A DNA stretch of 64,000 nucleotides from Octopus sinensis (lineage: Eukaryota): positions 66,774,001-66,838,000 of the forward strand of contig NC_042998.1 of assembly GCF_006345805.1 (NCBI RefSeq). Direction: 5' to 3'. The notes beneath the pieces were generated by a model. The model was not told the DNA's origin. It made no database searches and worked only from the letters and a program-made list of their open reading frames with translations. Both the position numbers and the translations under genes were made by a program. Each line of letters opens with the position of its first letter. Position 1 is the first letter of the stretch. Below, one piece after another: positions 37,701 through 51,257 of the stretch.

Positions 37701-38759
37701 GATAAAGCTTACTTGTCACTGAAAGCTAGAGTATCCTTTATTTCTGTAGAGAATAAAAGAAGACATGAAATATAGATAAGAAAATGATAGAAATACATAA
37801 AAAGAAATTAATTTAGAGTATATATGTATGTACGTACGTACGTATGTATGTACGTATGTATGTATGTATGTATGTATGTATGTATGTATGTATGTATGTA
37901 TGTATGTAGTATGTATGTATGTATGTGCGAGTGATGGTGTAGGAATTTAGTAGTAAAATATATCTTTGTGAAGTTGCGCTAGTACATATACGTGTCTTCA
38001 GCAGTAGAGAATTAAACTCTATCGCATTAACATGTTTTGAATATAAACATCATGTGAAATATTTCCATAATAGAAATTAATAATTAGCTAGGTGTGATAT
38101 CTATTATACATTTTATTTATAGAATAATTTTATAATAGAAATTATAGATATGAATTAATACAAGAATCTAGTTGTTCTGCTAAAGATGTTTTTGTTTATC
38201 ATATCACGTGATAAACAAAGAAAAGAAGAAAATGAAATTATTATTGTTAAGAATTGGTAAAGAATGTAAAATATAAGAACTACTAGTTTAGTTAACACAT
38301 TTTCTTCGGAAAATGACAAATTATTCATTTGTGCAAAATTTCGGATAGTCCTAACGCAACATATTCGTACATATTAACTCACTCAATAACCCACACGTAG
38401 ACAGTAAACGAACGGAAATACCCACAAACGCGCACACACAAACACACACCCAGAGAAGAAAATGCAGTTACAAAAAAAGAAGACTTACAAGTTTACAAGT
38501 TCTCCACACCTGTATGCGAATACAGGTGCATATAAAAGTGGGTATATAAAATATCTGTGTCATAACGTGGACGTGCATGTGTGTACGTGTGTATGTGTGC
38601 TTGTGTGTGTTTATGTGTATGCATGTGTGTGTTCGTTTACTATGTATGTGTGTATATATATACATATATATATACTGCCTATATATGTATATATATATGT
38701 GTGTGTGTATATACACACACATGTATATATATATATATATAATATATATATATATATAT

Positions 38760-39110
38760 AGGCAGTGGGCTTAACTCCCCACCACATAGTTCTGGGTTCA
38801 GTTACACTTCATGGCTCCTTGGGCAATTGTCTTCTAATATAGACTCAGACCTGCCAGTCTTTTGGTGGACGGTATATAAAAGTGCGTGTGCGCGCCTGTA
38901 TGCATGTGTATTTGTTTGTGTGTGTAACTGTCGGTATGAGTTTGTCCCCACCACTGCTTAACAACCGATGTTGGTCTGATTAAGTCCTCGTAATTTACTG
39001 TTTCAGCTACAAAGAAAAGACGGTAGAATAAGTAACCGGCTAAAAACCAAAATAATGGGATTTATTCATTCAGTGCCCTAGCATGGCCGCAATTTAATGA
39101 CTGAAACACT
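38760..39110 (+). mobile_element. Old major-family SINE copy
   Basis: ttctgggttcagttacac..ttgggcaattgtcttc..gcatggccgcaatttaatgactgaaac. Confidence 0.7.
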
Positions 39111-39393
39111 GTAACTGCACACAAGCAGTTGGCGTTTTTTTTTTCCTTCATTGGAGTTTTCACTCTCCCTTTTCAACGACGAGCTATGCTCGAAACGTCA
39201 AAATCTCTCTCCTTTAACTAGTTTGACACAAATACTTCCCTTGTGGACGTCCTCCAGTTGTTTGTTATGGTTAATTATATTATTAGTTTATTTGAGCTGC
39301 ATATATATATATATATATATATGCGTGTATATGTACATGTAGAGGTAGGTACGTACATATATGTTTATATATATGCATATGTTCTATTTTATT

Positions 39394-39444
<51 letters not shown>

Positions 39445-39577
39445 GGGGTAAATGTTCTCTAACCGGTAAATTGACTGCTGTAGTTTATTAACTGCAGAGT
39501 AGTTTACGGTCTCAGCGCGCCAAAGTGAAGACATTTGAAAGATACACTTAAATATAAAAGTTGAATAGACATAATGT

Positions 39578-39626
<49 letters not shown>

Positions 39627-39638
39627 TACATCCATTTT

Positions 39639-39786
39639 CTTCTCCTATATAACCTAAACTACGGTTTACCAAGCGAACCACCTGCTACCGTACAACCTTG
39701 CAAAAGACTGTAACTACCCAGGAGCGACTTTGGATTTAATTATCCCTTACAGGTATTAAACCGTAGTTTAGGTTATATAGGAGAAG
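39639..39786. mobile_element. 148-bp MITE-like element with perfect 30-bp terminal inverted repeats
   Basis: cttctcctatataacctaaactacggttta (39639-39668) and its reverse complement (39757-39786). Confidence 0.7.
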
Positions 39787-40439
39787 GAACATCTATGGTT
39801 ATATCATTCAATATTTCCTTCTTTCCCTTTCGCGTTTCTTCTATTATTTTTTTTGTTTGTTTGTTTTTTTTTCGAGTGTTTGTTGTAACATTTTAAGAAA
39901 ATTTGGATGCTATTTCTAGCTTATTATATGATTCCTTAGAGCAACCCATTTGTTGGCTCATCGATTTAGAGAAAATTTCTTTCTATTTTAATAATGTTCA
40001 ACAATTTGTTGGTTATATTTATATTTAAAAAACAAAGTAATTATGAACTGAGATGCATTTAGAAAATAAGATGTTTAAGTTCTTCTAAGCCATCTCCTAA
40101 CCCTCTACATTAAAATTCCTATGCTGCCCAACTAAATAAATAGTTTTTTTTCTTTTTTTAATATACAATCCGAGAAGGAACAATAGCAGCCATAATTATT
40201 TTCAGGACCCCTAAGATAAGAGAGTGCGAGTGGGAGGGGAATATTATCATTGGAGAGTAGATTTGCTTAAATCCATATAACAGTGTAGACTCCGTTAAAT
40301 GCACACCAAAAAGTCTTTAATCAACTCGCAGCTAAGTTAAAGGCCATTATTGCAATTGCTACGCTGTCGGGCAGAAACTAAAGCCAAATAATTAAAAACA
40401 AGAAACTTCTTAATCTCAAAGATATGTATTAATCTTTAA

Positions 40440-40803
40440 TCTTTAACTTGTTTCATTCATTAGATTGTGCACCAGTTTGAAGGGTTCAGCCGAAAAACTG
40501 AACCCTTATTTTAAGTGTGGTATCTTTTCTATCGCTCTCCTTTGGCAAAGTGCTAATGTAATAGAGGTATTAAAAAAGAAACTAACGCCAGTTATCATGA
40601 GGTGGCAGGGAACAAACGCAAAGACACGCACTCGGGCATGACAAGCTTCCGGTTAGTTTCCGTGTAGCAAATTCACTCATATGGTACTGGTTGGCCCGAG
40701 ACTAGAGTGGAAGACATTTCTCCACGGTGTGGTGCAGAAGGATTGAGCCTGAAAGCATGTGATTACAAAGATAGTTTCTTAAACACACAGCCATATCTGT
40801 GCC
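40440..40803 (-). mobile_element. Old major-family SINE copy
   Basis: Degenerate reverse-complement match, ending acacacagccatatctgtgcc. Confidence 0.6.
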
Positions 40804-41689
40804 GTGTAATTTTATTTTCTCTGTAATTAAATTGATTAATTAGGACACAAAAAAATATCAGAACTATTAATTAGGTTAAGCATTTAGAAAATTATCGACA
40901 TTTCTTTCCGTTGTCACTGCTGTTGCTCTTATTGTTATTTAGTCTTATGTGCGCTTCGATCTTGCAGCCCTCATCATCGCCCCTCTAGCCGCGATTAACC
41001 CCTTTTAGATACAGAGAGAGCGTTTTTGGTATCAAATTAACCACACGTATTTTACTTTTTCTGATGGCATGATGTGATTTGAAATTAAAAAAATATATGT
41101 CTCACTGGAGGTGCCCCAGCATGGCCACAGCCTCAGGGCTGAAACGTAACAGAATAAAAGAATATATTCTTGTTATTTCTAATGGATCCTGTAACAGTAA
41201 CAAACTACCTATTTCTAGCAGACCATATAGAGGTTCCTTCTTTGACTCAATTATTTTATAGTTTGTCATTCCGAATTATTAATATCTGAAATTCTTTTTT
41301 AAAGGGGCAAAAAATAAAACATATGTTAAAATATGAAATCGTGACCTAGTATCTTTGAGTTGTTGTTGTTATGTTCCCCAAGGACAGCTGTTTATCGATT
41401 AGGCCTATATTATGCAGGGAGTGGGCCGAACTAAAAGCTGCAAGTCACAGATCGTGATTTTTCCACTACTTTCTTTCATTGCCACTTTCTTGATTGTCAT
41501 CCTTATGTAAATTCGTGATCTGGAATTACAAAATAAAAAGATAAAAAACAATGATAATAATAATAAATAAATAAAAAAATTGGGGTGGGGGGCATTAAGA
41601 GATGAATGAGAATGTATGAAATAGGTGAAGAGAAATAGATAAAAAAAACGAGAGAGCTTGTGTGTAAGTGTGGGTTTTCGAGGCGTGTG

Positions 41690-41858
41690 TTTGTGTGTGT
41701 GTGTGCGCGCCCGCGCGAAAGAGATTGTGTGGGCGCTTGTGTGCGCGTGTTTTCGTCTTCTTGCTGTTGTTTTGCTTGACTCCTGATCAACTCTGGTTCT
41801 TGAGACATTTGAACAAAAGATTTCTTTCCGAGATGATCTCGTCCGGTTTCAAGTAAGT
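41690..41858 (+). other. Candidate first exon ending at a consensus splice donor
   Basis: CpG-rich gcgcgcccgcgcg stretch followed by unique sequence ending TTTCAA|GTAAGT (donor at 41853); possible ATG at 41833 (MISSGF, phase 2). Confidence 0.3.
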
Positions 41859-42446
41859 ATGATATATCTAGGACTATAAAATTCAATAAGCTCATTCATT
41901 TCTAAAACGGTAGGATTTATTCCAAAGAAGATATACTTGTTGTTTCTAGTATGTCAAACGTCCATGTTTAGGTGCTGTACATATGAGAGGAAGAATATAC
42001 ATAAATAACGAATTGAAGGCAAAATGATCAGTAGATACTGATGTGGGTTGAGGGGCGACATATATAGAGATCGATAATGAGTGTGATAATGAGAGATAAA
42101 GTTGTAACTAGAAAGAGAGGAAGAGATGGGAGAAGAAAATAGGCAAATTCAAAGATAAAGAGAGAGACAGACAGACAATCGGACAGACAGACAGACAGAC
42201 AGACGAAGACAGCAGACAGAGAAAGTGAAAGGTTAGAATGTAGGAATTGGAGCATGAAAGTGAAACAACCTGAAGAGGCGGACTTGACAATTCACACTTA
42301 AATAATGTGTATGTAAATACATACATGCATACATGCATGCATACATACACACACATATACATACATATATACATATCCATATCTGTCTATCAAGCAAGCT
42401 ATCCATCTCTTCCTCTCTCTCTCTTTCTTTCTCTCTCTCTCTATCT

Positions 42447-42491
<45 letters not shown>

Positions 42492-42740
42492 TGTATGTAT
42501 AAGAACTCCCACACACAAATACACAGAGAACGCAGGATTAGACGAGCTTAGAAGCAAATACACACAATTAAGCAACAAACACAGAAATAAAAACACATGT
42601 GTGCAGACAAATGTCGATGGACATTTGTTATAGAGAGCAGCTTCAATGCTCATTAAATATACACTAATCTTTCCCAGAAGTCATGATGTGGGCAAGAGGA
42701 TGTTGTAAAGCTGATGGCTGAAGAACAGGAAAAAAGAACG

Positions 42741-42797
<57 letters not shown>

Positions 42798-42830
42798 GTA
42801 ATAATGATGATGATGATGATGATGATGATG

Positions 42831-42888
<58 letters not shown>

Positions 42889-43072
42889 TAATAAATCTAT
42901 AGAAATACATAGAAACAATGCCGGAAACTCAAGGAAGAGAAAGAAACAGAAGGTGTTGAAAGCATGTAACAGAGAAGCGAAAGAAGATAGAAATGATTAA
43001 AATGATTTATAAAAACAACAGAAAACAACAATGAGAACAACAACAACAACAATAATAATATTAATGATAATT

Positions 43073-43552
43073 AAGGAATTTGATAAGCTCAGAAAATATA
43101 AAGATTTTCTAATCAAATCGAAAAGATGTGGCATCTCAATATGTTTACAATACCTGTGATTGTAGGAGCTCTTGGAATGATCAAAAATGGAATTGAAAAT
43201 TATTTAAGAATGATCCCTGACTTACCATCCATGCAGGAAGTACAAAAGATTGTTTTAACTGGTACATCACACGTACTGAGAAGAGCTTCGTCGCTGTGAA
43301 TTTTCTTTCCCTTTGCTCCCTTTATTATTTTTTTTTTGCTTTTTTATTTTTTCTATTTTTTCCCTTTTTCTCTGTTTTTCCTTCCCCCATTTTCTTTAAA
43401 ACATGACTTTGTAAATGAATATTCTGGTGTGTATATTTTAATAGCCTACCGATGTATACAGTGCGTTTTTGTCTGCCCTAGTTGTCCGGAAGACATTCGG
43501 CAAAATATGGAAACAGTATTGAAAGAAGATGATAATGAAAATAATAGAAAAT
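43073..43552 (+). mobile_element. R4/Dong-like 3' end, family A
   Basis: KEFDKLRKYKD..IPVIVGALGMIK..QEVQKIVLTGTSHVLRR; 3' UTR homologous to 818-990. Confidence 0.8.
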
Positions 43553-43555
43553 AAT

Positions 43556-43620
<65 letters not shown>

Positions 43621-43621
<1 letters not shown>

Positions 43622-44232
43622 GAAGGAATATATTCACAGACATGACAGAGTTGGAACCTACATACATTGGAAGCTATGCCAACATTATGGAATAACAACA
43701 GAAAAAAGATGGTATAGGCACACACCAGAAAAGGTCACAGAAAACGAGAAAGCAACCATACTCTGGGATATGCCGATACACACAGATAGAGAAATTAAGG
43801 CCAACAGACCAGATATAGTTGTCAGAGATCATGAAGAAAAAAAATGCTTTCTAATTGATGTATCAATACCGGCAGATGACAATGTTTCTCTAAAAGAAAT
43901 GGAGAAACTCTCAAAATACAAAGACCTGGAAATAGAGATAACTAGAATGTGGAACCTGAAAACAGAAACAATTCCTATCATAGTAGGTGCATTAGGCATG
44001 ATAAAAAAATATTCAGACAAATACATAACAAAAACACCAGGACTTACAAACACATATAACATACAGAAAATTGCACTACTAGGCACTGCACACATCCTAC
44101 GCAGAACACCTTCCATACAATAACCATCAGAGCATCAAAACAAATCACAGCACATACCCAAGCACATACCCAAGGCACACAAAGCTGCGCTCGGTAGTGA
44201 AGTGAAAGCACGCTATAAAAATAAAACTACTG
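43621..44232 (+). mobile_element. R4/Dong-like 3' end, family B, uninterrupted RLE frame (young)
   Basis: HDRVGTYIHWKLC..ILWDMPIHTDREIKANRPDIVV..LIDVSIP..KLSKYKDLEIEI..IIVGALG..LLGTAHILRR, with no stops between 43621 and 44123. Confidence 0.9.
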
Positions 44233-44293
44233 AATAATAATAATAATAATAATAATAACAATAATGATGATGAGGATGATGATGATGATGATG

Positions 44294-44351
<58 letters not shown>

Positions 44352-44402
44352 CAATAATAACATCAATAATATTAATGATGATAATGATAATAATAATAAT
44401 CA

Positions 44403-46090
44403 ACAAGCACTTAGCCAAGGTAACTATCAAAAGAAGTATTTGCGATGGAGACTCTTGTTCACCTTTATTTTTTTTTGTAGTCTTGATCCCACTTTCTGTG
44501 GTCCAACAAAGAGTCAACGTGCACTAGAAACTGAGAAAGAATAGACCACGTCTCAACCACCTTCTCTTCGTGGAAGATATAAAACTGTTCGCAAAAAAAC
44601 AGAGGCTGAATTCAGAGGCTGCTTGAGATTGTGCAGATGTGAAACAAGGTTATAGGAATGGACTTCAGTATCTCCAAGTGTGCAGTGCTCACTTTCAAAC
44701 GTGGGAAAAGATCAGACTGTAGGAGCATAGAATTGCCAAACAAAGAGCGAATGGAAGACCCGGATGATGATAGGTACAATTACCTTGGGATCTTAGAGGT
44801 GGACAATATTTTGCACAGAGAAATGAAAGACAAGCTCATTACTGCATATTTGAAGCGTTTCAAACACCTCTTAAAGTCAACACTCAGCTCAAGGAGAATG
44901 GTTACTATTATTGCAGACCGCTATAGTACACCGACCCTGAAATGGAGACGAGCGGATATTAACCAACTGGATCGCACTACCCGAAAGAGAATGACCATGT
45001 ATGGTACCCTCCACTCTAAAGTGAATGTGCAAAGGCTCTACATGAAGAAGTGTAAAGGTGGACGTGGGATAATTTGCGGACGGGAGTACAGCAACAGTGA
45101 AAGAAGAAATATGGTTGATTATTTGGTAAATAGCAAACAATATCAGCTACAGTATGCTGCTAACGCAGGATTTACCAAATATAGACTTGAGAGTGCTTAT
45201 GAATTCTGATCACGAACAGCCAACCAGAAAGAACAAACGCAAGTCCGCAGGGAATTACATGGTCCGTTCCACCGGGAAACTAACAACTGAAAAGACCGGG
45301 AAGTATCATGGAGGCAGCTTAGCAAGGGTGACCAAACAAAGAATAATGAAAGCCTAATCCACGCTGCCCAGGATCAGGTATTGTATACCAACTCAGTGAA
45401 AAGGGATATATACCTCATAAATGCAAGGAACCTCTGTAGAATGTGAAGGAAGGCGGTCGAAAGTGTGACTTACATTGTTAGTACTCGTGAAAAGCTTGCG
45501 CAGACTCGACAAGGTAGCCCAAAACCTTCACTGGCTACTATGCTGGAAGTATGGATACGAGGTAACGAGTACTTTGTACCAACATACACCCGTAAAAGTA
45601 ATGGATGAAGCAGGAAAGGCCACAATTATCTGGGTCTTTGACTTACAGATAGACACGGCGTTAGAGCACAGAAGACCGGATATAATAACCTTTAGGAGGA
45701 ACAAACAAGAGTACCTCATAATTGACATCGCAGTGCCAGATCAACTTATTATGATGAAAGAAAACGAAGAGATTGATAAATATGGAGGCTTGGGAATGAA
45801 GATCACCAAAATGTGACACCTACGAGAGTCAAACCCAATGCTCCGATGTTGGCATTGGAGCATTGGGTTCAATACCACCAAACCTGGAAAAACATCTGAA
45901 AACTCTAGAAATACCCTACAATCCAGGTGTATTGCAGCAGTCGGTATTACATGGAACTGCTCTCATATTGCGTAATGTATTGTCTGTCTCATCTACTTGT
46001 TGTGACTTGACACACAGTACAACCCCCAACAAAACACAATACCTTCCCTTCGATAAACACACTATACTGGTTACTGTGCGACAGTTTAAA
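44403..46090 (+). mobile_element. R4/Dong-like RT-to-3' end fragment, family C
   Basis: GDSCSPLFF, NHLLFVEDIKLF, KCAVL, YNYLGILE, RLYMKK.KGGRG, AAQDQ, HRRPDI..IIDIAVP. Confidence 0.85.
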
Positions 46091-46135
46091 TAATAGTAGT
46101 AGAAATAATAATAATAATAATAATAAAAATATTGA

Positions 46136-46193
<58 letters not shown>

Positions 46194-46215
46194 AATATTA
46201 TTATTATTATTATTA

Positions 46216-46261
<46 letters not shown>

Positions 46262-46278
46262 ATTATAATAATAATAAA

Positions 46279-47615
46279 TCCGAAGTCAGTTTCATCGTTG
46301 ATACGTTGTATACTTTCAGTGCTGATATCAGAATGGAGTTCGGACTGAAAAAGTGTGGTGTGTTAATCATGAAGAGAGGCAAAATCGAATGTAAGGACGG
46401 GCTAGTGATACTGTCGGGGAGGTTATGAAGCAGATAGATGACTACTTGGGGATATTGGAAAAGGACAAATTGATGGAGAAAGAAATGGCAGAAAAAATTA
46501 AGGTGATGTACTTGCGCAGAGTGACACGGATACTTAAGTGGAAATTAAACGGACGGAATGAGATTGAAGTTATTAGCTTCTGGGCGGTTTCATTCTTTAG
46601 ATATGGAGCAGGGTTATCGCATGGACAGTAGACGAGCTAAACAGCTGAGACAGGAAGACATGAAAGTTAGCGACTAGCTAGCGGATGCTCCCACCAAAAA
46701 GTGACACAGACAGACTGTATGTACTAAGAAAAAGAGGGGGAGAGGACTTATTGGATGCGAACACAGCTTTAGAGCAGAAGAAAACAACATATTATGGTAT
46801 GTAAAAAATGCCGCGGCACAGCTATTATTGGAAGAATGTTAGGCTTGTGTAGGATGAATGATTGCAAGGATAAAGCACTGTACAAACACTTGAGGAGGAA
46901 TGAAATGGAAAATAGGTCGATAAAGAAATGAATGCATGGGCAATTACATAGGGATGTTGAGGATAAGACAGATAGAGAAAAAAGATGGCTATAGATGACT
47001 AAAAGAGATTTAAAACTGGAAATGGAGGCTCTAATCTGCGCTGCTCAAGAGCGAGCTTTAAGAACCAATTACATCAAATACAGAATAGACAACACATCAG
47101 AAAGTGATAGGGGCAGAATTCATGGACAAAATGAAGAATCCTTATGGCATATTACCAATCAATGTACGCCACCAGCCCAGAATGAATATAAGAGACGTTA
47201 TGACAATATAGCAAAGATTCTTCATTGGACACTGCAACAAATATGGACTTGAAAGAGCAAAAATGTGGTTCAAACATGAACCCGAAGGCACACCGAAAGT
47301 GATAATGCAGGGATCCTATGGCATTTCATGATTCAGTACGACCATGGGATAGAGATAGAAAATCAGGCATAGTGTTAATTAAGAAAGAAAGCAAACGATA
47401 TGGATCATAGATATAGCATGCCCAGCTGACAACAAGGTATGCAATAAGGAAGAAAGAAAATCTGATAGATATGCAATAAGAGTGGAGCACTTGCAGAACT
47501 GCTCGTCTATTCCAGATGGTGTTCGAAAAATAAGTGGTGTTACCTTAGTTCACTGCTAGTGAACAGCTGATACCGTAGTACACCTCCAAAGTTAGAATCT
47601 GTGCAAAGATCATAA
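46279..47615 (+). mobile_element. R4/Dong-like fragment, family D
   Basis: FSADIRMEFGLKKCGVL..; ICAAQERALRTNYIKYRID; homologous to 20782-22030. Confidence 0.85.
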
Positions 47616-47656
47616 ACTAATAGTAATAATAATAATAATGATAATAATAATAATAA

Positions 47657-48175
47657 CTTACCTGGATAATAAGAACAATGGGAAAGTATGAAATACCGAC
47701 AAGAATTATGGAAAAACTAAACCACTTGCTATTTATGAATGACCTGTAGCTATTCAAAAAAACTGAGGGAGAACTGGACAGCCCAGTTCAGTCCGTGCGG
47801 ATTTTCCCCAGTGAAATTAAGATGTAATTTGGACTCTCAATATGTACTATGATGGTGATGAATAGGAGAAAGCTAACCAGGACAGAAGCAAGTGGTGACA
47901 AGTGGTGAAAGGATGAAGGCAACTCAACCTGAATCCAGCATTAAATACCTGGGAAGATGGAATCAAATACCACGACATGAAGGAAAAGACAAAAAAGATA
48001 CCTGCAGCGAGTTTGTAAAATATTGGCTTCAAATTTGAATGGCAGAAACATTTTGGGCAAGAAACTCGCGCGCAGTCGCTGGAATCCTGAAGTGGACAGA
48101 GGAGGAACTAAAGGAGATGGACAGGAGTCAAGAAGCCTCCTTACGATACATAGAGCCCATCATCCATATGAAGAA
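47657..48175 (+). mobile_element. R4/Dong-like RT fragment
   Basis: KLNHLLFMNDL (catalytic motif) followed by YKYLG-like sequence; preceded by (AAT)n. Confidence 0.7.
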
Positions 48176-48177
48176 GA

Positions 48178-48342
48178 ATAAGGAGGAGGAGGAGGAGGAG
48201 GAGGAGGAGGAGAGGAGGAGGAGGAGGAGGAGGAGAGGAGGAGGAGGAGAGAAGAAGAAGAAGAGAAGAAGAAGAAGAAGAAGAAGAAGAAGAAGAGAAG
48301 AAGAAAGAAGAAGAAGAAGAAGAAGAAGAAGAAGAAGAAGAA
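48178..48342. repeat. (GAG)n/(GAA)n homopurine tract
   Basis: Seen directly in the sequence. Confidence 0.95.
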
Positions 48343-49134
48343 TGTTATTTTTGTAACGTACTTTTACTTAGTTCAAGTGCACCGACATTGCCTTAGCTTT
48401 TCTCTCTCCTGGGAACGATAAAATGAAGAGGAGTGAAATATTGGTCCTTTACAATCGCCTGTTCACTTTCTGCAAAACATTTGAGATCATGTGCATTGTT
48501 AAGAAATCAATGAGGAGTGCCAGAATCAATATTGTACTATATAACATGTCTTACAATGCATACACTTCATATGCTCATTTAGAATTTTCACGGAACGGAA
48601 TTTGCATTTTATCCTTCTTTAATCAATAATCAAAGTAGCAATTGATATGAAAAGTAAATTACTTCCAGTAGCATTTTCAGCCCAGCATTTAAAGGAAAGT
48701 AACGAAGTAAAGAAATATATCAAAATACAGTTTTCTCAATTGCTCGGAGCAGTATATATGCATACCGTTATAGACAACTTACAGGAACACTTCAGCCACT
48801 AAAAATCTATCTCTCTTTCTCCTCTCTCTCTCTGTCTTTCTCTTTATTTCCCTGTCTTTCTCTCGCACACGCACACGCAAGCGCACACCACACGCAAACA
48901 CGCCCCAGCACATTCATATAATGTACACAAAAGCACATGCAGCACACAAACACTTTCACTCACAAACATACACTATGTCAAACTCGCCGAAACTTCGAAA
49001 TCACTGTCAACATTTGCCTTTTAAGATATAAACAATAAACATTTACGATACGAAAAGTATTGAGTAGTCATTTACTTAAATGTTGACTAGTATTCCTATA
49101 TTCTTTCCTTTTATTTGTTCCAATAATTTCAACG

Positions 49135-49300
49135 CCGCCATGCTGGAGCACCGCCTCTAATCGAACAAATAGACCCCAGGACATATTCTTTGTAAGCCTT
49201 GTACTTATGCCATCGCATCCTTTTGCCGAACCGCTAAGTTACGGGGACGTAAACACACCAACGTCGGATGTCAAACGATGGTGGGGGACAAAGATAAACA
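49135..49300 (-). mobile_element. Major SINE 3' half; a head remnant reappears at 50220-50241, beyond the array
   Basis: ccatgctggagcaccgcc..gggggacaaa; cttcttaccacacaaccactc after the inserted array. Confidence 0.75.
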
Positions 49301-49539
49301 TAAATATATGTACTATATTAAATCTCTGAGCGAGAGGTAAACGGTAACAGTACGGAATCATAAAATATATTTGCAATATATATATATATATATAAATGTG
49401 GTGGCCCCATGGAGGACGATTTTACTGTTGCTTTTAGCCCCAGGAAGACATCTCCTCCAACTGACTAACAACACACTGTCTGTGTCCGATTATTATTTGC
49501 GAGGGAAGTCATCCCTCCCATCTCTAGCCTTACGTGATA

Positions 49540-49584
49540 CACACAGACCCAGGTTTCTGGGTAGTTGCTTGTCTTCAGTTTCTG
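49540..49584 (-). ncRNA. Hammerhead motif (core intact, stems partly decayed)
   Basis: Minus strand cagaaa-CTGAAGA-caagc aact accca-GAAA-cctggg-TC-tgtgtg. Confidence 0.55.
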
Positions 49585-50027
49585 ATAATAACCAGCTAGT
49601 GTTGGAAACTCATTCCACTCGCAGAATTTTATATGCTTTTTCCAGCGACAAACTGTCGCTGATCTCCAAAAGGGAGAAATAAGCTATATTAAATCTTTGA
49701 GCTAGAGGTCAATAGTAACGGTACAGAATCGTAAAATATATTTGCGAACTAAATGCGGCAGTTCCATAGAGAACTATGTTACTATTGTAAATACTAATAC
49801 GAATCGGACACAGTGTGTCGTTAGCCAACTGGAGGAGCTGTCTTCCTGGGGCTAAAAACAACAGTAATATCGTCCTCTATGGGACCGCCACATTTAGTTT
49901 GCAAATATATTTTAGGATCCCATACTGTTACTATTTATCTCTCGCTCTGAGATTTAATATAGCTTATTTCTCCATTTTCGAGATGAGTGGCAGTTTGTCG
50001 CTGTATTCATCACTAGCTGGTCATTAT

Positions 50028-50074
50028 CACACACCGAAGACGGGTAACTACCCAGAAACCCGGGTCAGAGTGTG
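50028..50074 (+). ncRNA. Hammerhead motif (one core substitution)
   Basis: cacaca-CCGAAGA-cgggt aact accca-GAAA-cccggg-TC-agagtgtg. Confidence 0.6.
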
Positions 50075-50526
50075 CCGCGTAAGGCTAGAGATGGGAGCGA
50101 TCACATCCTCTCGCAAATACTAATTGGACACAGACAACGTGTCGTAGCCAGCTGGATATATGTCTACCTGGGGCTAAAAACAACAGTAACATCGTCCTCT
50201 ATCGGACCGCCACATTAAACTTCTTACCACACAACCACTCATGATCCTATTGTATATATCTTGACACAAAAACAATTACTCATAACCATACGCCAATAGC
50301 AAACTTAACACACTGCTATCTCTCCTGAGTACAAGTCCCAGCATTAAGAGTTCTTTTACAGGGTTTAGAAAACTGAATGACCGCTGCAAAAAGTGTGTGA
50401 ATCTGACAGGGGAATATGTTGAATGAAATCATTAACTGATCTTCCTGTATATTTTTTACACAAAGCAATGAACATTTCAGCAACCCCTTGAGTATATGTA
50501 TACATATAAATATATAGAGAGGGAGC

Positions 50527-50567
<41 letters not shown>

Positions 50568-50845
50568 CGAGACAGACAGACAAATACAGATAGAGAGAGG
50601 GTGACACAGGACCAATAGGTGAGATCCAGAGATGCTAACTATCGAGAATACATTGTAGTACTGAAATAATTTATTGAGGACGAAGTCCGAGTGTAGAGAG
50701 TGTCGATTAAAGGAATTCAGGTGAGATCATGGGGTGATAATTATGCAAATCAACAAATAAACACGGTTGGGCTTGATACATAAAATAAACATACATATAT
50801 ACATGTAATACATACATGCACACACGTATATATATATATATGTAT

Positions 50846-50891
<46 letters not shown>

Positions 50892-51176
50892 CTTCGAATA
50901 TATTCAGAAGTTGAACAGTTATGTGTGAACATATAAATATTTACATATGTAAGATCAGATTTACATGAAGTGCAGAAGACTCAGAAAAGAAATAGAAGAG
51001 GGCATGGTATTTCAGTCCGACTGCTCGGAATTACATTAAATGTTGTAATGTTAGCAAATGGTGTGCGCCGATCTTTCCACTCTGCAGAGAGAGAGAGAGG
51101 CCGGATTTGTGGCAATGTTTATATGTATCTACTACTTGTAGGATGTTCATAACATTGTGTGTGGTGTGTGTGTTTA

Positions 51177-51257
<81 letters not shown>

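Larger units (their letters stand above)
49311..50220. mobile_element. Inverted pair of tandem arrays of a 322-371-bp hammerhead-bearing unit
   Basis: Forward units start at 49313 and 49684; reverse-complement units run 49790-50220 (period 322); inserted within a SINE. Confidence 0.8.

Noticed and set aside
39170-39203. gagctatgctc-GAAACGTC motif typical of minimal PLE hammerheads
   Set aside because: The CTGANGA core has about three mismatches and stem I is only a T/A run; a possible relic, but not supportable.
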